Origin: Deltaproteobacteria bacterium TL4
GTDB lineage: Bacteria; SAR324; NAC60-12
Assembly: GCA_051382335.1 (NCBI GenBank)
Contig: JBBCAX010000176.1
Coordinates: 1-26,998 of the forward strand
DNA length: 26,998 nt
Direction: 5' to 3'
Shown: in pieces, positions 19,261-26,998 of the stretch
Layout: every line of letters begins with the position of its first letter
How positions within the stretch are numbered: the stretch's first letter is position 1
The notes under the pieces: model-generated
The model's database searches: none
What the model saw: only the letters and a program-made list of their open reading frames with translations
What the model was told of the DNA's origin: nothing
Translations under genes and position numbers: made by a program

Positions 19261-19312
19261 ATGGGTAAGTTATTAATTACTTACGAAAACGGAGACCAGT
19301 GATGACAACAGG

Positions 19313-20158
19313 TCACTTTTCTACCACAATCGTAACGTCTTCCATGATCACGGGGTAGCGATATCCCTGGCCAAAATCCTTGTCTACAGTCAGTTTTCCG
19401 GTACTCACAATGATGTCTCCTTTTTGCGCAGTCTCATTCGTAGTGATCGTGATGTCGTTATCGCCCTCTGAGCCTGATCCGTCACGCAAATGAATCCAGT
19501 TTTTCCCCATGATCCCGGTAAGATATTTGACCACCTGTCCTCGGACTTTCACGGTTTTTCCGTTCAATTCTGTCTTGTTGGCGTACAGTTCCGCTACAGA
19601 ATAGCCCCCCTCAATCTTTTGCACAGAGATCTTTTCCTCAGGGGCTGGGGCGGGAGTTGGGGTTGCGGCATTATCATTGGCGGCCTTCGGTGGCATACCT
19701 TCCGCAGTGCGGGAGACTGCTGCTTGTTCTCCTGCAGGCGAAGGCGTTGAGCTTGAACTGACTACTGTCACGGAATCCGTAAACACAATCTCGTCGAAAG
19801 TGCGATCCAACGCTTTGCTGTGGAAACTCGTCATAACTTGTCCATTTTTATATTGGATGAGGTCTCCCTGTTTGATTTGTAGCTGACTGGTGGCAAGCCA
19901 TGTTCGTGTTCCATTTTCTTCCACTTCAATGTAACTGTAGGGCCCCGCGTTTGATACTGAGATCACCACCACATTCTGGCGGGTTTGAGTCTTTTCTGGT
20001 GAAGCCGGTTGCTGCATCACAATAGAGGGAACAGGGCTTTGACCCTGCTTTTCCTTTTGCTTATCGCAGACGGTAAGCATGAAGAACAACATTGAGATCA
20101 ACAGGGGGAGAAGCATTCTGGAAATCGAATTCCTTTTAGAAATTAATATCGGGCTCAT
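19313..20158 (-). CDS. Exported (probable lipo)protein with an NrfJ-like domain and a C-terminal OB-fold domain
   Basis: Hydrophobic N-terminus ending LTVC; AGPYSYIEV...TWLA...FHSKALDRTFDEIVF; Pro/Ala linker; VKVRGQVVK...IMGKNWIHLRDGSG...DKDFGQGYRY. Confidence 0.7.
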   Translation of the reverse strand: MSPILISKRNSISRMLLPLLISMLFFMLTVCDKQKEKQGQSPVPSIVMQQPASPEKTQTRQNVVVISVSNAGPYSYIEVEENGTRTWLATSQLQIKQGDLIQYKNGQVMTSFHSKALDRTFDEIVFTDSVTVVSSSSTPSPAGEQAAVSRTAEGMPPKAANDNAATPTPAPAPEEKISVQKIEGGYSVAELYANKTELNGKTVKVRGQVVKYLTGIMGKNWIHLRDGSGSEGDNDITITTNETAQKGDIIVSTGKLTVDKDFGQGYRYPVIMEDVTIVVEK

Positions 20159-20339
20159 TTTGGATATCCTATTTTAAGAGTTGGAAGCAAGGGCAAAAAC
20201 TGGCACAACATGGCAGGGAACGAGTTGTTTTTCAAGCTGAATAAGAATTTTTTGACACTACCGCGTAAAAACGAAACGATTTCTGGCGGTAAACGGTCGG
20301 GTATCTTCTTTTTCGCTTATCGCCTTAGTCCTCTTGACG

Positions 20340-22955
20340 TTATGGAGTACTGCAAAAATAATGGAAGGAGGTGGTTTTGTCGTTCTTTAAATGCTCAGGG
20401 TCAATATTAAAAATCGTAATAACTTCGGTTCGAACATTCGGCTTTACATTGAATACAACCAAATCCGCTGTTTCGATAATTTGAAAGAGGCCCTGACCAG
20501 CGCCCCCTTTATTTTTGTTAAGAGAACCAGCCCTTCCCTCATAACAACTGCCTAAATAATCAAGAATGGTCTTTCGATGAAATGCGCCGAAAGGGTCTTG
20601 TACCGAAACGGCCAAAAGAGAGCCATCACAAGCGTAACGGAATAAACCCTGCTCCTCAGGTTTTAATTCAACGGTGATGGTTCGGGGAAGATGATTATAG
20701 ATAGAATGGCCATGAACATCAGTCGGAGCATCATAAATCGCGTTCATCAGTAATTCTTCCACAATCATGGCACAGCGACTAATCACAGGCCTGCGAAGGC
20801 CCAGTTTATTCAAATGATCTTCCATTTCATCTATTAATTCGGATCGTGTGCTGCTGCTGACAATGGGACGTTCTGTGACTTTTACTCCCCAATGAAGATA
20901 CTTTTCCAACCCGAAGAGATCCTGGGTGATCAATTTGCTAACTGTCGTGGTGATGTTTTTTAAGGTGAAACTCCGGTCTTCGTCATTTCGAGATACAATA
21001 TTTGAAAGAAAGGAATATTGCGCTAGCAGTGAAAGGTAAACAGGGGCATCATCAGAGGTCATAAACACTGAGCGTATCTGAGAGTTCTTTTCTACGGCGA
21101 GTTTTCCTAAATCAATCAGTTCCTTGTTTAGAAAAATCATATCATAATGACCCTGCTCCAAAAACTTCTTTCCCTCGTCTAAAGTCGAGGCGATGTCCAA
21201 CTCCAACCCTGTTCCGCCCAACGCCATTTTTGCTATAATCTGCTGCTTCTTGTTTGTTTCCGCCAAAAGAACCCGTCTGTTTTTAATGGCTTTTTCAGAG
21301 CGATACAACGCATTGATAGGACGGATGATTTCATCAATCATGTGAATTTGACGTAAGGCTTGAATGATTGTTTCTTTAGTAAAACCCGTATCATGAGACA
21401 CATCATTAATTAAGTCTTCATGCAGGTTTTTAAGTTTCAGAAGATGTGTACTTTCCAAAACCCCCAGGTTGGTGAGTAATTGTTCTTTGGTACTGTTCAA
21501 ATCTGCCAGTTTATGATTACTCGCAAGCAGTTCTGTATTTTGCTGTTCTAATTGCTTGTGAGACTGGGTCAATTTATGCCCCAAGGCTTTCTGGTTATCG
21601 AGCGAAACCTGCAATTCGTCTGTTTTTTGTTGCAGCTCCAAAGTCCGTTGCGCGACTTTTTCTTCCAGTTTTTCATTGGCTTCCTGCTGAAGTTCCAAAG
21701 CTTTTCGTTGCGCGAAAAACTTTTCTTTGCGGTAGGTGTTGATTCTGTCCGCCAACCCCAAAGAGAGTAAGGTGACTTCAATGGCGGAGCCAACCTGGAA
21801 TCCATAATTTGTCAAAAAGACAACAGGCAACACGCCAAATTCTCTTAATGCCGCAATAATGGCCCCACATAAAAAGGTCGTCCATGCCAGCAAAAAATAA
21901 GAGGCAGGACGGTATCCCTTTCGCCAACTCAGGAATCCCGCCAAGATGGAGGCGATCGAAATAGGCAGTACGGTTGCCGCGCCATAACGGATGAGATAAG
22001 CATAGCTGCTAAACGGAAAAACTACGATTAACAGGATCAGAACTCCTGTCAGCATGTTAAGAACGCGATGAAGCCGTGGCGAATAGTCATGGGTATGCAG
22101 ATAGGTCTGAACAAAGCGTATTATCGCCCACAAGGTAAAACATAAGATAAATAAAATACCTTGATTCGACATCCAGGGAATTGAAGGCCACAAATATTCA
22201 AAAGAAAGCCCATTGAGGGTCATGCTCAGTATGCTTAACCCGACAATGTACAGGACATAATAAAAATAACTTTGATCCCGCACTGAAAAAAATACAAATA
22301 AATTGTACAAGGCCATGACAAACATCAACCCATAGTAAAACCCCATAAAGTAGATTTCATTATTAACCTTCTCAACAAAGATATTAGCTTTCCAAATAGA
22401 TAGAGGCAGTTGAATACTTCCTTCAGAAATAAAACGCATATACAGGGTTTGTTGCTGCAAGGGTTCCAATTGAAGCGAAAAAACATGGTTGCGGTAGGCA
22501 ATTTCACGATGATTGAAGGGATAACGGTCACCAGAGGTTCGTTTGAGGAAAGTCCCCTCCGATGCGGGAACATATAAATCAATATAGTCAATCAAAGGAT
22601 GTCCTAATTCCAAGAGCCATTCCTGTTTTTGCGGCAGGGAATTTTTTATTTGAAAACGAACCCAGAAGGCTGAGGTCGTGTAGCCAAAGTTGGGGGTGTC
22701 TACTGTTGACGGAATAAAGCGAGGGGCAAACTCTTCTGAGGAAACTTGTTGAATCGACCACGCCTGGTTGGGATCTTCCAGAATTTGCAGAAATTTTCCC
22801 ATCAAAAACTGCCCCGTTTCCTGATCCAAGACTACGGGTGTCGCGGACAAGCAACTTGGAACCCATATCAGGAAGGCTGCAAACCCGCAATAGATCCGCT
22901 TTTCATCCAGATGGATTAACTCAACACAAAATGAGATAAGTCTATCAAATAACAC
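20340..22955 (-). CDS. 7TM-DISM sensor fused to a coiled coil, a pseudo-receiver and a GHKL ATPase-like domain (no HisKA)
   Basis: DISMED2-like region (PNFGYTTSAFWVRF); 7TM region (YYGLMFVMALYNLF...LLSLGLADRI); receiver-like RVLLAE...YDMIFLN; N-box EELLMNAI; VSVQDPFG; GAGQGL. GTG start. Confidence 0.85.
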   Translation of the reverse strand: MLFDRLISFCVELIHLDEKRIYCGFAAFLIWVPSCLSATPVVLDQETGQFLMGKFLQILEDPNQAWSIQQVSSEEFAPRFIPSTVDTPNFGYTTSAFWVRFQIKNSLPQKQEWLLELGHPLIDYIDLYVPASEGTFLKRTSGDRYPFNHREIAYRNHVFSLQLEPLQQQTLYMRFISEGSIQLPLSIWKANIFVEKVNNEIYFMGFYYGLMFVMALYNLFVFFSVRDQSYFYYVLYIVGLSILSMTLNGLSFEYLWPSIPWMSNQGILFILCFTLWAIIRFVQTYLHTHDYSPRLHRVLNMLTGVLILLIVVFPFSSYAYLIRYGAATVLPISIASILAGFLSWRKGYRPASYFLLAWTTFLCGAIIAALREFGVLPVVFLTNYGFQVGSAIEVTLLSLGLADRINTYRKEKFFAQRKALELQQEANEKLEEKVAQRTLELQQKTDELQVSLDNQKALGHKLTQSHKQLEQQNTELLASNHKLADLNSTKEQLLTNLGVLESTHLLKLKNLHEDLINDVSHDTGFTKETIIQALRQIHMIDEIIRPINALYRSEKAIKNRRVLLAETNKKQQIIAKMALGGTGLELDIASTLDEGKKFLEQGHYDMIFLNKELIDLGKLAVEKNSQIRSVFMTSDDAPVYLSLLAQYSFLSNIVSRNDEDRSFTLKNITTTVSKLITQDLFGLEKYLHWGVKVTERPIVSSSTRSELIDEMEDHLNKLGLRRPVISRCAMIVEELLMNAIYDAPTDVHGHSIYNHLPRTITVELKPEEQGLFRYACDGSLLAVSVQDPFGAFHRKTILDYLGSCYEGRAGSLNKNKGGAGQGLFQIIETADLVVFNVKPNVRTEVITIFNIDPEHLKNDKTTSFHYFCSTP

Positions 22956-23059
22956 CTTAATTCCTCTACCCTACTTTTAAATATCCAAGGCCCCGTGATA
23001 ACGCGTGAATTCTGAAAAATGAGATTTTATAAAAAGTGAACCTCTGAAATGGATCGGAG

Positions 23060-24484
23060 TCAGGTTTTCCAGCGAAGTGCGACAATGGTGATATCATCCG
23101 CTGCAGGCTGATTGTTATAAAAGGCTAGGGACTGTTCAACCACTTTGCCCACAAGGCTGGGAACATTCATTTTATGAAACTCACACAACCATCGTTTTAA
23201 TCGCTTTTCTCCCATCATTTCACCTTCGCGATTCTCACATTCAATCAAGCCATCGGTATAGAAAAACAGCAGATCATTGTCTTCTAATTGCATAGAAGAC
23301 TCAGTAAATTCTAAATTTTCACGGTCACCTAAACGCATGTTACTATTCAGAAGGTAACTGATTTGGGCATTCCGGAGAAGGTAAGGAAAATTATGCCCCG
23401 CATTGGAGAAGGCCACTTTCCCCGTTGTTAACTCAATCGCCCCTACAAAAAACGTCATTAAATAGGTTGAAGAACCTGCTTCTTTGACGATATGGTTGAG
23501 ATGAGATAACACCTCTGAAGGCGCAATGATTTTTTGTTCCAGCAAATACATCTTCTGCACCATCGCACAGGTTGCGCTTGCGGCCGCGGTGACTAAGGCC
23601 GCAGGGGTTCCATGTCCTGTGACATCCCCTATCAAGACATACAGCGTGTTTTGTATCTGCATGAAACCATACCAATCGCCACCGGTTTCAGAAGCGGATT
23701 TGAAATAACTGGAAAATTTGAGATGTTCAAAATCCGGTAAGCTTTTAGGAAATAAGGATTGCTGAACCGCAGCGGCCGTTTTTAACTCCTCGGCCATGCG
23801 AATTTCTCTTTGAATCTGAGACAAATTGCTGATTAACGTCCGGATTTTATCCGCAATCCCCTGAACAAACTCTACATCAAAATCAAAAAACTCCTCACTT
23901 CCAATCCTCAAAAAACACATGATATGATCAAAGCCCTTTAGCCTGATGAACATCATATGTCCCCCTTCAAGAAACAAGGCATCTTCCTGGTAATAAAAAT
24001 CAAAAATAGGGGTCTCGTGGTTTATATTGTTAAAGGTGCTGATTTCATTGTTCTGGTCTGGGAAAATTATAGGCAAGATCTGTTCATCCAACGGAAGGTT
24101 TAGAAAATCAGTAAAGGATTCTTCTACAGGGATAAACCGATTAGATTCTTTATCTTTGGAAAACATAACCGCATCGCTATTATCCAGATATCGGTTTAAC
24201 AAACGAAAAACATCTTTGATGATCTCCTCGGACCCCTTGACCGTGTTAAAACTTTCAAAAAAATCAGATAAGAATCGAAGCTTTTCTTCTTTTTTCTTGG
24301 CATTAACCCGTAACAGGTGGATTTCATGGGCCAGGATATTGACACAACTGTGCTCAGTCATGAATATTGGGGCCGACTTCAGTTTGGCTAAAGAGTAATT
24401 TTCAATGTCTTTTAACCATTTTGATAAATCTTCAAGAGATTCTTTGATTTCTTTGATTTCTTTAGCCATGCTCAGATTCAACAT
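23060..24484 (-). CDS. SpoIIE/RsbU-type PP2C Ser/Thr phosphatase with an N-terminal coiled coil and a degenerate GAF-like region
   Basis: ELKTAAAVQQSLFP, GGDWYGF, IGDVTGHG, SNAGH, FYTDGLIE and DDITIV. Start is 24484 or ATG 24469. Confidence 0.93.
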   Translation of the reverse strand: MLNLSMAKEIKEIKESLEDLSKWLKDIENYSLAKLKSAPIFMTEHSCVNILAHEIHLLRVNAKKKEEKLRFLSDFFESFNTVKGSEEIIKDVFRLLNRYLDNSDAVMFSKDKESNRFIPVEESFTDFLNLPLDEQILPIIFPDQNNEISTFNNINHETPIFDFYYQEDALFLEGGHMMFIRLKGFDHIMCFLRIGSEEFFDFDVEFVQGIADKIRTLISNLSQIQREIRMAEELKTAAAVQQSLFPKSLPDFEHLKFSSYFKSASETGGDWYGFMQIQNTLYVLIGDVTGHGTPAALVTAAASATCAMVQKMYLLEQKIIAPSEVLSHLNHIVKEAGSSTYLMTFFVGAIELTTGKVAFSNAGHNFPYLLRNAQISYLLNSNMRLGDRENLEFTESSMQLEDNDLLFFYTDGLIECENREGEMMGEKRLKRWLCEFHKMNVPSLVGKVVEQSLAFYNNQPAADDITIVALRWKT

Positions 24485-24551
24485 AGAGTATTCCTTTTCT
24501 TGTTACAATGAAGGAATCAAAATTAAAAAATTGTTTTGATAGTGCTGAACC

Positions 24552-24567
24552 ATCAAAACCTGTGCCA
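24552..24567 (-). promoter_or_regulatory. Candidate sigma-54 (-24/-12) promoter
   Basis: Minus strand reads TGGCACAGGTTTTGAT: perfect -24 TGGCAC, correct spacing, TTGA instead of TTGC at -12. About 70 bp upstream of the PP2C gene. Confidence 0.4.
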
Positions 24568-24622
24568 CAGGTCTTTCCCTAAAATAATAGTGAAACCGGT
24601 CTGCCCTGAATCAAGGCGATTC

Positions 24623-25783
24623 CTATAACCACATATCAAACGCATCCCTTATTTCTTGACTCAAGGGGGTATCCAAGATCATAGACAGGGAAGAAAGAAA
24701 AGGAACCACAGCCGTCCGAAGTGTTTGGTAATACTGAGTCGTGTTTTCCACGTTTTCTTTAACAACTTCCTTGTAAGATCCACTTTCATTTTTAAAAAAA
24801 ACTTTCAAGTGAGGAATTAAGCCTATTTTCCCATCTTTTAATTTTTTTGCGCTGGAAAAGGTATCATCAGGAAACCCGATCAAATAGGCAACGGTCTTGT
24901 CCGCCATTTCAAAGATCAAATAATGATTTTCCAACTTGAAGGAAAAACGATTGATCGCTTTTTGCACCAGGTTGACAAATTCATCCCGTTGTTCCGCAAA
25001 GCCCCAGAAATCACTACTTTTCCCGTTCATTAGTTCATGCATGCTTCGGTTGTATTTGCGAAAGCTGTCTTCGGGTTCAGGGGCAATCCTTAAACCCACT
25101 TCATCGAGTTCTTTTTTCTTCAAATCGGCAACTATTCCGAGTGCGTTTTGTATCTCTTGGGGCGTCATTTTATCAGCAGGTTTCCCCAATTTTTCTTGAA
25201 AAGGAGCCAGCCAGTCTTTGAGGAACGATAACTTGATATCGTTGTAGTGCTTAATGATTCCACTCATGGTGAGATGATCCATTTTCGTTTTTACTTCCTC
25301 GTAATTAGCATTCCCCTGCATTGTATTCAATTCATCAAAAAACGCTTTTAAATGCTCATCGTCATTCTTATAAATCAGCAGGTTGGTTAAATTTCCCATC
25401 GTGTTTTTGATCATTTTTTCAACCTGGGTCAGATACTCTTCCTGAGTCTTTACCACTTTGGCTTCGCCGGTACTGCTGACAAAGGCGCTGAGATGCATGA
25501 ACTTTCCACCGCCTAAAGGTACCCGGGTTAATTGTTTGAGTTTTTTGATGGTTTCATCAGCGGGTAGCTCAGAATATTTTAGACTTTCCAATTTAAATTT
25601 GATCTCATCCAGCGCCGGAACGATGGCCGGATCGGTATCCTGTGCTTTTTTTAGATTCGCAAGAATGTCAACGTACTTATCAATCTCATCCGCAATGTCT
25701 TTGTTGACGGTGAAAACAACTTTTCCCGTGTCCTCTTTTTCGTAGTACGTTGAAACTCTAGATTTCTTATTGGCATCACTCAT
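24623..25783 (-). CDS. Hypothetical soluble, mostly helical protein
   Basis: 386-codon ORF with natural K/E-rich composition; no signal peptide, TM segment or motif recognised. Confidence 0.8.
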   Translation of the reverse strand: MSDANKKSRVSTYYEKEDTGKVVFTVNKDIADEIDKYVDILANLKKAQDTDPAIVPALDEIKFKLESLKYSELPADETIKKLKQLTRVPLGGGKFMHLSAFVSSTGEAKVVKTQEEYLTQVEKMIKNTMGNLTNLLIYKNDDEHLKAFFDELNTMQGNANYEEVKTKMDHLTMSGIIKHYNDIKLSFLKDWLAPFQEKLGKPADKMTPQEIQNALGIVADLKKKELDEVGLRIAPEPEDSFRKYNRSMHELMNGKSSDFWGFAEQRDEFVNLVQKAINRFSFKLENHYLIFEMADKTVAYLIGFPDDTFSSAKKLKDGKIGLIPHLKVFFKNESGSYKEVVKENVENTTQYYQTLRTAVVPFLSSLSMILDTPLSQEIRDAFDMWL

Positions 25784-25934
25784 AATTTCTCTATATAAAA
25801 TCTCTTAAACTTTTTCTCTTCCCTATTGTTAAGCCATTGCTTCTTTTCCTGAATACTCCCCGCCAGGAAGATCCCTTCTATCGCTCTGCCTTTTTTGAGA
25901 GATATCGTTCGGTCTACACTTCCTCTTCCCCCAG

Positions 25935-26037
25935 TATCGTTGTCCAGATAAATTCTTGCTGGGAGCATAGGCGTCCCGCCTGCTTTTGCGGGCAAGAGGC
26001 CAGCGTTCCCAGGACAAAACTTTTCTGGAGAAGTCTA
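25935..26037. mobile_element. Degenerate family B MITE-like element carrying a different REP-like doublet
   Basis: Ends TATCGTTGTCCAGATAAATT (25935-25954) and AACTTTTCTGGAGAAGTCTA (26018-26037) share the inverted core TCCAGAwAArTT. Cargo is CTGGGAGCATAGGCGTCCCGCCTGC-TTTT-GCGGGCAAGAGGCCAGCGTTCCCAG (25959-26012). Confidence 0.6.
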
Positions 26038-26406
26038 TCGTTTTTATATAAAGGTCAGAGGCATTTTAAAAAAAGTAGCATTTTTAAATACTATATACAA
26101 TTTCTAAAACACTAATGCTATACCCTATTCGTTTTTTTCGAATATATTTTGTTTTTTAATAAAATTGTTCTGTAGCCTTCAGAAAATGTGAGCTGTCGGT
26201 CGGTTTCCGCTGTTTTTTCCTTCATCTCACGGTTGGTTTCCTTATCCTCTTTCTCAGACCGCAAGGAATAGTATTAAGAACATGACCTGTCAGAACTCCA
26301 AAATGCGTCTTGCTCCCAGGCTGAAAAGGAGATATTCTTAAGCGAATAGCAGCATTGACGCGTTTGAGATTCTTTAGTAGCAATCCCTTAACCTGTAGGA
26401 GACCTG

Positions 26407-26998
26407 ATGGCAAAAAGAAGGCTGATTACTTTTGATTGGGCCATGAAACGCCTTTTAAGAAGCAAAGCGAATTTCAGTATTTTGGAAGGCTTTCTGAGTG
26501 AGCTTTTGAAAGAGGAGATCCAAATTCTGGAAATTCTGGAAAGTGAGGGGGAGAAGAGACACGACAAGGATAAATTTAACAGAATTGATCTGAAAGTTCG
26601 AGATTCCCGCGGCGAGATTATTCTCATTGAAGTTCAGTATGAAAGAGAACAGGATTATCTCCAAAGAATCTTATATGGAACCTCCCGGATCATCACCGAA
26701 CATCTTCATGAATCCGAACCTTATTCCACCATCATCAAGGTGATTTCGATCAATATCCTTTATTTTGATCTGGGACAGGGAGCGGATTATGTCTACAGAG
26801 GAACCACGACGTTTAATGGGATTCATAAAAGCGATGAACTTCAATTAAGTGAGAGTCAGAAGGAACTTTATCATAAACAAAAGATTTATGAGCTTTATCC
26901 TGAATATTATTTGATCAAAGTGAATCAGTTTGATGATCACGCGAAAGATCCCCTGGATGAATGGATTTATTTTTTGAAACACGAGGAAATCAAAACGG
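26407..26998 (+). CDS. Rpn family recombination-promoting nuclease / putative transposase (PD-(D/E)XK), truncated by the window end
   Basis: Absent from the ORF track. Manual translation from ATG 26407 (RBS AGGAG) gives MAKRRLITFDWAMKRLLRSKANFSILEGFLSELL...FNRIDLKV...IILIEVQ...YLQRILYG...LDEWIYFLK, open to the window end. Confidence 0.92.
   Translation, partial: MAKRRLITFDWAMKRLLRSKANFSILEGFLSELLKEEIQILEILESEGEKRHDKDKFNRIDLKVRDSRGEIILIEVQYEREQDYLQRILYGTSRIITEHLHESEPYSTIIKVISINILYFDLGQGADYVYRGTTTFNGIHKSDELQLSESQKELYHKQKIYELYPEYYLIKVNQFDDHAKDPLDEWIYFLKHEEIKT

Noticed and set aside
20201..20215. TGGCAC...GC sigma-54-like site
   Set aside because: The GG-to-GC spacing is 9 rather than 10, and it points away from any supported gene.
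22961..22974. GGGTAGAGGAA (minus strand) matching part of the REP at 9291-9301
   Set aside because: An 11-bp match with no palindrome; better explained as the ribosome-binding region of the 7TM-DISM gene.
25780..25995. 71-aa ORF with an ATGA overlap onto the orphan gene
   Set aside because: It starts inside the repeat element, has no RBS or motif, and is probably spurious.
26355..26384. Sigma-70 promoter for the Rpn gene (TTGACG -35)
   Set aside because: No convincing -10 hexamer at 16-18 bp spacing.

Overview
Bacterial chromosomal window from a diderm; the lipid-transport trio, 7TM-DISM sensor and stand-alone gatB suggest a deltaproteobacteria-like lineage (inference). There are 15 supportable CDS: an atypical P1B-type ATPase; an MMPL/RND + LolA-like + outer-membrane barrel operon; a half-type ABC exporter; a PLP aminotransferase; gatB; a CrtI/retinol-saturase-like FAD oxidoreductase; a tandem pair of histidine kinases; an NrfJ-like OB-fold exported protein; a 7TM-DISM/pseudo-receiver/GHKL protein lacking an H-box, next to a SpoIIE-type PP2C phosphatase; a 386-aa orphan; and a truncated Rpn (PD-(D/E)XK) gene that the ORF track missed. 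No rRNA, tRNA or CRISPR array was seen. The most striking non-coding pattern is a recurring nested structure of about 100-150 bp: a REP-like inverted doublet enclosed by IS-like terminal inverted repeats. It occurs as two shell families with different cargoes, at 24-174, 7130-7233, 9255-9392 and 25935-26037, plus a lone end at 200-219. The most interesting protein system is the putative membrane-sensor Ser/Thr kinase plus PP2C partner-switch pair.
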